64,000 bases of DNA from an uncultured archaeon (GTDB lineage: Archaea; Thermoproteota; Nitrososphaeria; Nitrososphaerales; Gagatemarchaeaceae): NCBI GenBank assembly GCA_963817525.1, contig CAWFOU010000007.1, positions 1,120,001 through 1,184,000 of the forward strand, given 5' to 3'. Shown one piece after another: positions 55,049-64,000 of the stretch. A program made the translations under genes and the position numbers. Numbering within the stretch: position 1 is the stretch's first letter; every line of letters begins with the position of its first letter. Under the pieces are notes generated by a model. That model saw only the letters and a program-made list of their open reading frames with translations, was not told where the DNA came from and did no database searches.

Positions 55049-55675
55049 ATGAAAGGCCGCAGGAGGGAGTCCAGCCGGGATGATGGCTTCCAGGACGAGC
55101 AACCGGAGGGGGCCTGGAGCCCCCAGAGGCAGCGCTTCGCCGAACAGGTCGGCCTGCTCGTCAGGGCCCTCCGGTCGCCAGAGGACGGCGTCCAGGAGCT
55201 CTCCGTCGTCCAGATCACGCTTTTCGGGCCGAAGGCAGTCCCCTATCTCATCTCCGCGCTCGAGGACTCGCTCGACGAGAGCGATCTGCGCCAGTCCGCC
55301 CACGAGCGGGTGGCGGGCCCTGAGAGGGCGATAGCCGGGATATGCAGCGCGCTGGGGATAATCAGGGACGCCGACGCCGTGACGGACCTGGCCGCGGCCC
55401 TCCCGAGGAAGGACGCCGTGGAGGCAATCTCAAAGATAGGTGGAGAGAGGGCGCTCAACCTGATAATGGACATGATAGAGGGCGGGCGCTCCTCCTGGCC
55501 TTCCGGGAGCGCCGACGCGGACCCTGCCTTCGTGAGGAGGGTCTTCCTGCGCTTCGGGGAGGCTGGGAGGAAGCGGCTGCGTGAAGAGGCCGAGGGCGGG
55601 TCTGCCCCGATGCGCGCGGCGGTGGAGGAGATCATCCGCATAATGGGCGACTCGGAAGGCCCCGCCGATAAGTGA
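55049..55675 (+). CDS. HEAT/PBS-lyase repeat protein
   Basis: GPKAVPYLISAL, ALGIIRDADAV..L, AVEAISKIGGERA. Confidence 0.7.
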   Translation: MKGRRRESSRDDGFQDEQPEGAWSPQRQRFAEQVGLLVRALRSPEDGVQELSVVQITLFGPKAVPYLISALEDSLDESDLRQSAHERVAGPERAIAGICSALGIIRDADAVTDLAAALPRKDAVEAISKIGGERALNLIMDMIEGGRSSWPSGSADADPAFVRRVFLRFGEAGRKRLREEAEGGSAPMRAAVEEIIRIMGDSEGPADK

Positions 55676-55728
55676 GCAAGGCCCCACACACAACGGTTAT
55701 CTCTTGTCGGGTGCGTCCGCGGCCGACC

Positions 55729-56319
55729 TTGGCCAGGCCGTCACGGCGCTTTGGGAGCAGGCGGGCGATCAGCGCGCCCGCCGCGGCCGTGGTCATCGTG
55801 GCCATAATCTCCACCTCCGCGGTCTCGATCTTCTGGATAGGGATCTCGTCGCGGTCCACAGGAGGAGCCCCGTCGGTCACCACCATCACTGTCACCGTCA
55901 CGGACATCTCGTCCTCGACCGTCACCGTCAGCTCTAGCCAGCCTGGGCTAACCAAGGTCTCCGTCGCCGACGTCACGGCCCCAGCGGCAGCCTTTTCCAC
56001 CAAGGGAAGGACCACCGCCTTCACCTGCGACCTACTTGCCGGACAAGGGGCCTACCTGGAGGTCGCGAACGCGGGAGCCGACGCGGTGACGCTCACCGGC
56101 GTGACGATTACCTGGGCGGGAGCGAACAACGAGTTCACCCCGCCTCCCGCGAGCTGCCAGGTCGGTGCCGCGGGCTCCAACACGGCGTTGCTCTATGTCA
56201 ACCTGCCAGACCCGGCGATGCTCACGGTCGGGGCGGTCGGCGGTCAAAACTTCACGGGCGCCCTCGCCCTCGAAAACGGGACCGACGTCCCCTTCTCGGG
56301 GACGTTCCTCCTCGGCTAG
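55729..56319 (+). CDS. archaeal type IV pilin-like protein
   Basis: RRA/ISAPAAAVVIVAII class III signal; shares FTC...AYL and VPF.G with 52771 gene. Confidence 0.72.
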   Translation: MARPSRRFGSRRAISAPAAAVVIVAIISTSAVSIFWIGISSRSTGGAPSVTTITVTVTDISSSTVTVSSSQPGLTKVSVADVTAPAAAFSTKGRTTAFTCDLLAGQGAYLEVANAGADAVTLTGVTITWAGANNEFTPPPASCQVGAAGSNTALLYVNLPDPAMLTVGAVGGQNFTGALALENGTDVPFSGTFLLG

Positions 56320-56408
56320 TGGCCGTAGCTCAGGATGGCTCCCGAGCAGAGCCTGCAGTCGAAGATGAAGAACGCGCGGTGTATGCCGCAGCGCTTCCAC
56401 TCCGGCAA
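56316..56408 (-). CDS. 30-aa CxxH/CxxC microprotein
   Basis: TTG start; MPEWKRCGIHRAFFIFDCRLCSGAILSYGH*; downstream of Zn-finger gene on same strand. Confidence 0.5.
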   Translation of the reverse strand: MPEWKRCGIHRAFFIFDCRLCSGAILSYGH

Positions 56409-56484
56409 GCCGCTCGGGGCCGCCTTTTGCTGGCTAGGAGAAGTGCCGACCGCTGGCGGGAGTCAAACCCCTCAGCTGTGGTCA

Positions 56485-56688
56485 CTAGGCCAGGACCTCC
56501 ATCGCCGCGGTCGGGTGGGCGCGCTCGTGCTTCCTCATGTGGACGAAGCAGTACCTCGCCCCGCAGAGGTGGCATGTGAAGTGGAACCCGAACCCGTCCA
56601 GGACGCCGCCGCAGTGCCGGCAGTGGTACGCCGACTCCATGCTGCCGTTGTGGGGGCGCCAGTCGCTGACCCTTGTCTCCGAAGCCAT
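56485..56688 (-). CDS. AN1-like zinc-finger small protein
   Basis: CRHC...CHLC...C..H..H; ATG about 25 nt after TTAAA. Confidence 0.7.
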   Translation of the reverse strand: MASETRVSDWRPHNGSMESAYHCRHCGGVLDGFGFHFTCHLCGARYCFVHMRKHERAHPTAAMEVLA

Positions 56689-56815
56689 ATTTTTTCGGGG
56701 GCGCAATCTTGGATTTAACCGGTCCCCGGGGAGGAGAGTGAAAGTATTCCGCTGAGCTCGAAGCACACGGTCCGTGGCCTTCCGTTTAATAGGCAGCCGC
56801 ACCTCAGGAGAGGGG

Positions 56816-57232
56816 ATGTTCTCCAAGGGGGAGACGGATTACCTGAAGACGCAGCGGCTCGCCAGGATTGCAACTGCGTCTTCGAAGGGCGTCCCGGAGG
56901 TCTCCCCCGTCGGGTTCGAGTTCGACGAGAAATACTTCTGGGTGGGGAGCCACAGCCAGGACATATTCCACAAGACCAGGAGATACGCGAACATCACCGG
57001 CGGAAACGGCCGCGTCTCCATCGTGATAGACGACCTCGCCTCAGTCGACCCGTGGAGGCCGCGCGCGATAAAGGTCAGCGGGACGGCCGAGGTCCTGCAG
57101 CACAAAGGCATCTTCGGGGACGGCAAGTACATCCGGATCACACCGAAGGTGAGCGCGAGCTGGGGAATCGAGCCGCCCCAAAAGGGAAGGTTCACCTCTG
57201 TCAAGCGATGGTCCGAGACGAAACCAAAGTAG
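56816..57232 (+). CDS. PPOX-class (putatively F420-dependent) oxidoreductase, paralogue of 15539-15922
   Basis: QRLARIAT, PEVSPVGF, VIDDLASVDPWRPR, SWGI. Confidence 0.85.
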   Translation: MFSKGETDYLKTQRLARIATASSKGVPEVSPVGFEFDEKYFWVGSHSQDIFHKTRRYANITGGNGRVSIVIDDLASVDPWRPRAIKVSGTAEVLQHKGIFGDGKYIRITPKVSASWGIEPPQKGRFTSVKRWSETKPK

Positions 57233-57249
57233 GGCGGGACGACAGCGCG

Positions 57250-57281
57250 GGGGACGGGCGGCGAAGGACCCACCCGTCCCC
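57250..57281. other. GC-rich hairpin downstream of PPOX gene
   Basis: GGGGACGGG ... CCCGTCCCC 9-bp stem, no U tract. Confidence 0.35.
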
Positions 57282-57493
57282 TGGCAGACCTAATCCTTTG
57301 CATGACGAAGGAGTTTGGTAGCTTGTGGTTGGTCCGCGAATTAATAATGGGTTGTGATACACTGGTCTGTATCAGAGATGTCGACGAATCGTCCACTGGC
57401 TGGAGGGGCGCCGACCGTGGAGAATGGCTCGCCGCGGCGGCTTTCGTAGAACAATTTTCCATTCAGGATATATCCTCAGCCGCCATCTTCTCG

Positions 57494-58021
57494 GTGACGA
57501 AAGCATTGAGCGACGGATCCTCTGCATCGGATGTGCTTTGGGAGGGGAGCCCCTGGGTGACGCCGGGGCTCGTAGGGGTCACTCTAGAGGCCGTCGCCCT
57601 GTTCGTGTTCCTCACGTGGTTCGAGCTGGCCGTCTTGAACGTCGGCTCCCTATACCTGGTCGCTGCGAGCTACCTCGTCGTCGGCATCATTTGGGTGGCG
57701 GCAGTCGCGAGGCTCGAGCTGCTCAAGCTCTCCAACCACTACGCGCTCAGAGAGTCCAGCCTCGAGATACAGCACGGCATAGTCGGGAAGAGGACGGTCA
57801 CGGTCTCCGCGGCTGGCTTCTCTGACCTGGAGGTGACCAAGACGCTCGCGGGCCGGGTCCTCAACGTTGGGGACATCGTCGTAGAGACCGACAGCGACAG
57901 GGACGTCGGGCTGACCAGAGTCCGAGACCCGATCAAGGTCGCCTCCATGATAGGACAGGTGATGACAGTCCCGACGGTAAGGGTCCAGCCCGGGTCGGGC
58001 GACCGACCCCGCCCATCCTGA
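57494..58021 (+). CDS. membrane-flanked PH-domain (bPH_2-like) protein
   Basis: Two TM helices then Y.L....L.IQHGI, GRVLNVGDIVVET. Confidence 0.8.
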   Translation: MTKALSDGSSASDVLWEGSPWVTPGLVGVTLEAVALFVFLTWFELAVLNVGSLYLVAASYLVVGIIWVAAVARLELLKLSNHYALRESSLEIQHGIVGKRTVTVSAAGFSDLEVTKTLAGRVLNVGDIVVETDSDRDVGLTRVRDPIKVASMIGQVMTVPTVRVQPGSGDRPRPS

Positions 58022-58072
58022 GCGCGCCCCGATCAGGTTATCTAGCGCGGCCGCTCCCAAGGATGGTCGAGC

Positions 58073-58514
58073 TTGCCCTACTGCCCTGGCTGCGGGAGCG
58101 CGTATACGGAGGGCACGGCCTTCTGTCCGACCTGCGGACGGTCTCTTCAGGCAGGGAGCACCGCTGTCCCTTCGACTTTTGCCCAGCCCACGATGGGCCA
58201 GGCGCCGCCTAGCCAAGGCCCCGTCCAGCGCCCCGCGGGCGTCACGATCCTGGCGGCGCTCCAGATCCTCGGGTCCATCGTCGACATCGTCCTGGGCCTC
58301 CCTCGGGATTTTCGGCTTTGTCATAGTGGTCTTCGGAGTCCTCACGCTGTTCTTCGCAGTCGCCCTCCTCTCCGGCCGCAACTGGGCGAGGATACTGATA
58401 CTCATCGGGGCGGTCCTCGACATCATCAGCATCGTCGGGATAATCTGGGGGGCGATATTGCTCTACTACTTCACCCGCAGGCACGTGGTCGCCTACTTCA
58501 AGGCGCCCAAGTGA
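58073..58514 (+). pseudogene. zinc-ribbon membrane protein with apparent frameshift near 58300
   Basis: CPGC/CPTC ribbon and RPAGVTILA in one frame; hydrophobic continuation (GIFGFVIV...GRNWAR...VVAYF) in the +1 frame. Confidence 0.7.
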
Positions 58515-58627
58515 CCAAGATCGTCCGCGCACCGGTGCTGGATCACTAGCGACTGTTTGACGAGCCCGACGACCTGAGCTTGGTGCTTGAGCTGGAGGAC
58601 ACAATCAAAGGTAGATGACGGACCATC

Positions 58628-59698
58628 TCAGCTCGTCGAGAGCTTTCCCTTCTCGACGACGGCCTTTCCTCCGACGGAGAGGCTGCCCCTCTTCACGGTC
58701 CCCATAAACCCGAACCCGCCGAGGCCTATGGCGCCTGAGACCATCCTGTCCTGGCCGTTCTCGTACTTCATCAGCGGGTTGAGCCCGACCATCAGCGTGG
58801 AGAGGCCCCTCTTCTCCTGCGGGACCGCCCCCACCAGCCCGTCGAGCATCTTCGCCGAGCCCTTGCTCTTCCACCCCACGAGCCTGCCGCCATCGAACTC
58901 GAGCCTCGCGTCCTTGAGGAGGCCCAGCCGCGTCACCGACGGGGATAGCGTCACAGTCCCTCTCGCCGACGCAGGGTCCACCTGCTTCGACACATAGCCA
59001 GCGGGGACGTAGGTCATGTTGTAGCCTCCTGCGACGTCCTTATCGTCGACCACCCCGTCCTCGACCTCCAGGTCGCCCATTAGGTCGAACTCCAGCCTTC
59101 CCCTCGGGGTGAGCAGGGTCGCGCGCGCCCCGTCCTGGAGCGCCTGCCCGACGGCCCTCCCTGCCGCGGAGATGCTCGCAAAGTCGACGAGCGCCGCCTT
59201 GAGCTGGTGTCGAACGATCTCCTCGGGCTTCTTCTTGTAGAGCTTAGCGTAATCCTTGCCCGCATAGCCGAACGGGAGCCTCGCGCCCCTCAGCTTCGCC
59301 TTTTCAGCCGCCTCGTACCAGGACGCGTTGTATTTCGTCGAGTCGACGAACTCCTGGCGCGAGAGGTTCGGGGAGTACGCGCCGATGGGCGGCCCGGGGA
59401 TGAAGACGTAGGCGTCCGAGCCGGCGAGGAGGGCGTACTCCTGCTTCCCCATGCTCCCGAGGACGTCCTTCGGGCTGACTCTCACGCCCTCGACGTACGC
59501 GGACTCGTCCTCGAAGATTACCACGGGTATCGCCCCCATCCTCCTCGCCTCCACCACCAGCCGGCGGGCGAACGGGAGGCCGTTATTCCACGACTCGATG
59601 GTGAGAGTCTCCCCCTTCTTCAGGTGGAGGGTCTCGGAGAGGACTTTCTTGGCTACCTTGTCATAGAGGGCTTCGTCGGGGCTCAATGCACGCGCCAA
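58628..59698 (-). CDS. M29 (aminopeptidase T-like) family protein, degenerate active site
   Basis: LHLKKGETL, EARRMGA, LEFDGGRLV, VGLNP; expected Glu/His ligands appear substituted. Confidence 0.72.
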   Translation of the reverse strand: MARALSPDEALYDKVAKKVLSETLHLKKGETLTIESWNNGLPFARRLVVEARRMGAIPVVIFEDESAYVEGVRVSPKDVLGSMGKQEYALLAGSDAYVFIPGPPIGAYSPNLSRQEFVDSTKYNASWYEAAEKAKLRGARLPFGYAGKDYAKLYKKKPEEIVRHQLKAALVDFASISAAGRAVGQALQDGARATLLTPRGRLEFDLMGDLEVEDGVVDDKDVAGGYNMTYVPAGYVSKQVDPASARGTVTLSPSVTRLGLLKDARLEFDGGRLVGWKSKGSAKMLDGLVGAVPQEKRGLSTLMVGLNPLMKYENGQDRMVSGAIGLGGFGFMGTVKRGSLSVGGKAVVEKGKLSTS

Positions 59699-59741
59699 CG
59701 ACCCGAGGCTCTAGATAAGATTGCTCCGCCGTACGGCCCGT

Positions 59742-60128
59742 CTATTCTGCGCCGATGAAGCCCTTGCCGCCGCTGCCCTTCTGATAGCCGTCGACGGCGA
59801 GCACAATAGCGCAGATAAGGGTCAGAATCCCTGCAGTGAAGAGCCCGAGGATGATGTACACGATGAAGGCCCCGGCGACGAACCCGATTGTCGGCACGCC
59901 GAGCACCTTCTTCTTGCCTAGGTACACGTAGCCCAGCCCCCAGAATAGGTTAGCTATGGCCGCGACCACCGGGCTTTTGCCGGTGCTCATGTTTGACGAG
60001 GGCACGCCCTGCCCCCCGGAGGTCGGCATTCCTGCCGCATTCTGGGGTGCTGCCGAGAGGCTGGCGCCGCAACTGGAGCAAAAGGCCGCGCCGTCAGCGT
60101 TCTGCGCCCCGCATTTCGTGCAGAACAC
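59742..60128 (-). CDS. zinc-ribbon plus TM2-like membrane protein
   Basis: FCTKCG..FCSSCG; KSPVVAAI..L.WGLGYVYLG. Confidence 0.85.
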   Translation of the reverse strand: MFCTKCGAQNADGAAFCSSCGASLSAAPQNAAGMPTSGGQGVPSSNMSTGKSPVVAAIANLFWGLGYVYLGKKKVLGVPTIGFVAGAFIVYIILGLFTAGILTLICAIVLAVDGYQKGSGGKGFIGAE

Positions 60129-60221
60129 GGGATGTGGTGTGTTTGTCTCGATATAAAAGCGAGAGGGATGCGACGCCTCTCGATAGTATGCCGTTGCGCG
60201 CCGCGAGGGTCCGCGCAGATC

Positions 60222-60398
60222 TCAGCGAGACCGCTTCGTCGGCTTCTTTTTCGCTGCCTTCTTTCCTCGTGGGGTTAGGCTGAGCTTCTTGTCCACGACC
60301 TCTTTGGCCTGGTATTCCCCAGGCTGGTCCTTCTCGGACTCGTCCTCCTCCTTCTCCAGCTCCTTTTCGTCGGCCTCCACGTGTTTGTAATCGGACAA
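60222..60398 (-). CDS. 58-aa acidic/basic small protein
   Basis: MSDYKHVEADEKELEKEEDESEKDQPGEYQAKEVVDKKLSLTPRGKKAAKKKPTKRSR*; below ORF-track size cutoff. Confidence 0.6.
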   Translation of the reverse strand: MSDYKHVEADEKELEKEEDESEKDQPGEYQAKEVVDKKLSLTPRGKKAAKKKPTKRSR

Positions 60399-60683
60399 AG
60401 CGATTCTCTAGATCTAGGTGTGCGCTCCCCGAGCGTAATAAACCGGCTTCTTGTTCTCGGAGAAACCGATTACCAACACTTCACGAAAGCTGCTCACGGT
60501 GGGCTGCCATTCGTGTTAGTAATCTTCGCTCGTCAGGACGGGACGACGAACTCGATGAAGAGGCCGATGAGCATCCCGCCCCCGGTGAGCTCATGCCCGT
60601 TGCCGAAGCCCCTCTCGGCCTAAGCTCCGAGATGTGGGCGCGACAAACATTAATTAGAAACGACCCGCTCTCATTCGAACGAC

Positions 60684-61187
60684 TTGAGCTCAGAAATCGG
60701 CAGCGATGTGGATTCAGGACTGACGAGCGTGGCCCAGTCCGGGCCTATGGGATCGATGAGTGAAGCGTCATCCCATCCGCCCGAGACCGGGCAGAGCGCA
60801 CAGGCGGGGGCGCCGAGCGGCGAGGGAAGGCGCACCCAGCTAAGGATAGTCAGAGAGAACATCCAATCACTCTCGAGGGACGTCGGAAGGTTCAGGAAGA
60901 GCCACGAGGCGAGCGCCAAGAGCCTGGAAAAGCAGGTGGCCTCGCTTCGAAAGGAGCTGGCCGCCCAAGCGCGCGCGGACAAGGGAGGGCTCAGCAAGGA
61001 CTATCAAGCGACCGCCAAGAGGACGGAGAAGCAAGTGGCCACCCTCAGGAAGGGGCTGTCCGACTTGAAGGGCGGCATCGCAAAGGACGCGGCAAAGAGC
61101 AGAGCTAGGCAAGAGGCCGTGCTGTCGAAGATCCTTGCGAAGGTCAGCGCCAAGCCCAAGCCCGGCAAAAAGGCAAAGAAACGGTAG
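60684..61187 (+). CDS. basic coiled-coil protein with internal repeat
   Basis: AKSLEKQVASLRKEL / AKRTEKQVATLRKGL; Lys-rich tail; TTAATTA upstream. Confidence 0.7.
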   Translation: MSSEIGSDVDSGLTSVAQSGPMGSMSEASSHPPETGQSAQAGAPSGEGRRTQLRIVRENIQSLSRDVGRFRKSHEASAKSLEKQVASLRKELAAQARADKGGLSKDYQATAKRTEKQVATLRKGLSDLKGGIAKDAAKSRARQEAVLSKILAKVSAKPKPGKKAKKR

Positions 61188-61362
61188 CCTCTCCGACGAG
61201 GCTGCGGGAACGCCGACCGGCTGCGGGCCGCTAAGCAGAAGCGCCGCTCTTCGGGCGGACAGAGTTGCATTCCAAGGGCATGTACTTTGCCCACGCTCGT
61301 GCTCGGGGCTTTGGCAGGCTGGTGGTCGAGACATATCTAGTAGGCTGCCACATCAGGGTCCC

Positions 61363-62019
61363 TTGGCCGCGCCACTCCCAGACGACGAGCTGGTTGACGT
61401 CTACGACGAAGCACTCAACAAGGTGGGGGTCGTCACGCGAAACGAGGCCCACAAAAAGGGCTACTGGCACCTCAACCTCCACTGCTGGATAGTCACGAAG
61501 AGGAAGGGCGGGGCGGTGATCTTCCAGGTGAGGAGCAAGGACAAGCCCACCTTTTCGGGGCTCCTCGACAGCACGGTCGGCGGGCATTACAGGGCGGGGG
61601 AGCAGCTCGAGGACGTGGCGCGGGAGATAAACGAGGAGATAGGCGTCGCCCCCGACGTGAAGAATCTCGTCCCCCTGGGGAGCCGGATCGACGTGGCGGG
61701 CTACGACGGACTCTCAAAGCGGGAGATTGCCGAGGTATTCTTCATCAGAGATGACCGGCCCGTCCGGGCCTACAAGGTCGACCCGCTCGAGGTCCGGGCG
61801 CTCGTAGAGGTGAGAATATTGGACGGCCTGAGGCTGTTCTCTGGGCGGGCGAGGAAGATCAAGGCAGAGGGGGTCGAGTGGGACAGGGTCGGGCAGGCGA
61901 CGGAGACGAAGATGGAGGTCACGAAGGGGGACTTCGTCCCGAAGATGGACTCGTACTACATGACGCTCTTCATCATGGCGATGAGGCTGCTCAAGGGGGA
62001 CAGGTACCTGTCGATTTGA
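61363..62019 (+). CDS. NUDIX hydrolase (IPP-isomerase-like)
   Basis: ELVDVYDE, R.EAH..G.WH...HCW, GGH..AGE....AREINEEIG. Confidence 0.88.
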   Translation: MAAPLPDDELVDVYDEALNKVGVVTRNEAHKKGYWHLNLHCWIVTKRKGGAVIFQVRSKDKPTFSGLLDSTVGGHYRAGEQLEDVAREINEEIGVAPDVKNLVPLGSRIDVAGYDGLSKREIAEVFFIRDDRPVRAYKVDPLEVRALVEVRILDGLRLFSGRARKIKAEGVEWDRVGQATETKMEVTKGDFVPKMDSYYMTLFIMAMRLLKGDRYLSI

Positions 62020-62150
62020 CCTCCCGGCAGACAATTGGGACATTGGGAGCTCCTCTAGGCGCGACCTGACACCATCGTAGGTAGGTTTCAATACGAAGAT
62101 TCACGAGCAAAGTAGTTCTTGACCAATGAAATTACCAACCGGAAAGAAAC

Positions 62151-64000
62151 TTGTTGGATACTGGTCATTCGACGAACTCATCGCGGTCAGTCTCCTTCTC
62201 TGTGGTCCTGTTGCTCGCCACCGCCTCGTGCGCAGCGGTCCTGTCTCTGCCATCCATCGCGGGCGTACGCGCAGAGGCCCTGAGTTCCTGGGCGGCGACG
62301 ACAAGCTATCCGACCAGCACTGGCGGCCCCTCCTGCACGCCATCTGGCGGCTTTGTGTATTGCGTAGGAGATGGGACTGACGCGGTGTACTATGCCTCGC
62401 TCTCGCCCTTCGGCATAGGCGCGTGGAAGGCCACGACGGACTATCCCAGCTCGATCAGCGCCGTTGCGTGCTCTGCATCCACCAGCTACCTCTACTGTGT
62501 TGCGGGGATAAACGGCTCCCTGGGCCCACGGCCCACCACTCAGGTGTTCTACGCTCAACTATCCGCTTCAGGAGGACTCGTGGGCGGCTGGCAGAAGACC
62601 ACCAACTATCCACAGGAGACGATTGGTCCGTCCTGCGTGATCTGGAGTTCGGACATATATTGCGTCGGCGGTTCCCTCACGGTAGGGACGCTCCAAACGA
62701 ACGGAGCCTACTACGCCCCCATCTCGTCGTCGGGAGTCGGCGCCTGGGAGACCGGGACCACCTATCCACAGACTGACAACGGGCTCTCCTGCGTCACGTC
62801 TGATGGTTACATCTACTGCTTCGGCGGATTCACCGCACTCGGGCCGCGACCCATAAACGCGACTTATTCGGCGCCGCTATCGGCGTCGGGCTTCGGCTCC
62901 TGGAGCGCGGGGACGATCTATCCCACGACCGACTATGGACAATCGTGCGTCGCAATATCTGGATACGCCTACTGCGTCGGGGGCCTGACCTCTGGAGGCG
63001 TCCAGAGGAACGCGGTCTACTATTCTCCCATCTCCGGAGGAAGCATAGGAGCGTGGACGAGCACCGCCCCGTACCCAACCGACATCGACGGTGAGTCTTG
63101 CGTCACCTCAGGCAGCACGATCGCGTGCATCGCAGGGACCAGCCAAGGAGGGTCGGTCTCCGGAGACACGGGTGCGGCGTACTACACGTCCGTCTCCCCT
63201 CAAAACACTGATCAGCTGACCGTCAGTTCCCAGAGTACAAGCGGCCAGACTTTGACGGGCTACTACACGGCGCTGAACCAGAGCGGCTCCGTGGTAGAGT
63301 CCGGTTTCACACCCTACACCTTCGCCCTCAACAGCGGCCAGACCTACACGGTCCAGGTCGACAACTACGGCTCATGCACCTTCGCCTATTGGGAGGACAC
63401 AGGTAGCACCCAGTCCTCGAGGAGCGTGTCGATAACGACCAACACCGAGTACACAGCGGTCTACAACTGCGGCGGTGGTTCTACGGGAGGCTCGTCTAGC
63501 GTCACAGTGGATACTGTCAATCAGGATGGGACAGCGATCACAGGATACTACGTAGCATTGTATGGCGCTGACGGCGACTACCTCACATCCGGCTACTCAC
63601 CTGCAACGTTCAGCACTACGGCTGGCGAGGGGTATCAGGTCGCGGCGGACGGCTACGGCAGTTGCACGTTCAGCCGGTGGTCCAACGGTTCTGGCGACCC
63701 GCTATCCTTCACGGCGACGAGCTCGGCGCAGACGTTCACCGCGATTTACACTTGCGGGACATCGACTAGCGGTGGAGCACCGAGCAGCGGTGGAACATCG
63801 AGCATCGACGTCTCGACTGTCAACTCCGCGGGAAGCCCGATTTCTGGGTATTACATCAGCCTGTGGCAGGATGGTGCGCAAATCAACAGTTGCTTCTCTG
63901 CATGTTCGTTCACCGTGAACAACGGACAGACCTACCAGGTCGCGGCATCTGCTTACGGCTCCGAGACATTCAGTCATTGGCAGAACGACGGGTCGAAAGG
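62151..64000 (+). CDS. secreted surface protein with six-bladed Cys-paired kelch-like propeller and repeated beta-sandwich modules (3' truncated)
   Basis: Open frame from TTG 62151 to window end, absent from ORF track; six W..TT.YP...SC......YCVGG-like repeats, then three GYY...TF...Y.V...YGS.TF..W modules. Confidence 0.85.
   Translation, partial: MLDTGHSTNSSRSVSFSVVLLLATASCAAVLSLPSIAGVRAEALSSWAATTSYPTSTGGPSCTPSGGFVYCVGDGTDAVYYASLSPFGIGAWKATTDYPSSISAVACSASTSYLYCVAGINGSLGPRPTTQVFYAQLSASGGLVGGWQKTTNYPQETIGPSCVIWSSDIYCVGGSLTVGTLQTNGAYYAPISSSGVGAWETGTTYPQTDNGLSCVTSDGYIYCFGGFTALGPRPINATYSAPLSASGFGSWSAGTIYPTTDYGQSCVAISGYAYCVGGLTSGGVQRNAVYYSPISGGSIGAWTSTAPYPTDIDGESCVTSGSTIACIAGTSQGGSVSGDTGAAYYTSVSPQNTDQLTVSSQSTSGQTLTGYYTALNQSGSVVESGFTPYTFALNSGQTYTVQVDNYGSCTFAYWEDTGSTQSSRSVSITTNTEYTAVYNCGGGSTGGSSSVTVDTVNQDGTAITGYYVALYGADGDYLTSGYSPATFSTTAGEGYQVAADGYGSCTFSRWSNGSGDPLSFTATSSAQTFTAIYTCGTSTSGGAPSSGGTSSIDVSTVNSAGSPISGYYISLWQDGAQINSCFSACSFTVNNGQTYQVAASAYGSETFSHWQNDGSK

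Noticed and set aside
60530-60620. Protein-like minus-strand fragment (AERGFGNGHELTGGGMLIGLFIEFVVPS*)
   Set aside because: Bounded by an upstream stop and too short to assign; possibly a gene remnant

Overview
A 64 kb, gene-dense, high-GC archaeal chromosomal segment. Archaeal-type PEP carboxylase, class III signal-peptide pilins, TATA-like boxes about 25 nt before leaderless starts and many TTG starts suggest a non-ammonia-oxidising Nitrososphaerota-like lineage (inference). Left: a complete classical menaquinone cluster (menC divergent from menF-D-H-B-E-A), a ppcA-aguB-aguA operon, nicotinamidase, amidase and small hypothetical genes. At 24.9-27.3 kb an HTH-fused orphan SPPY-type DNA methyltransferase is split inside its SAM-binding motif by a 343-aa LAGLIDADG intein. 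The most unusual part is an accessory island at about 30-47 kb: a GT2 glycosyltransferase, two GMC oxidoreductases each paired with a copy of an unnamed membrane domain, a stand-alone PKS-type acyltransferase next to a cytochrome P450, two paralogous polyglycine-rich proteins, and an operon of a duplicated TULIP-like protein, a monodomain class II terpene-cyclase-like protein and a nucleotidyltransferase-like protein. Right: transporters, a regulator with a palindromic operator, two pilin paralogues, Zn-finger microproteins, a degenerate M29 peptidase and a truncated Cys-paired kelch-like surface protein. At least five genes appear to lack an ATG/GTG/TTG start upstream of conserved motifs. No rRNA, tRNA, CRISPR array, transposase or integrase was recognised. 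All calls come from motif reading by eye; no database search was run.
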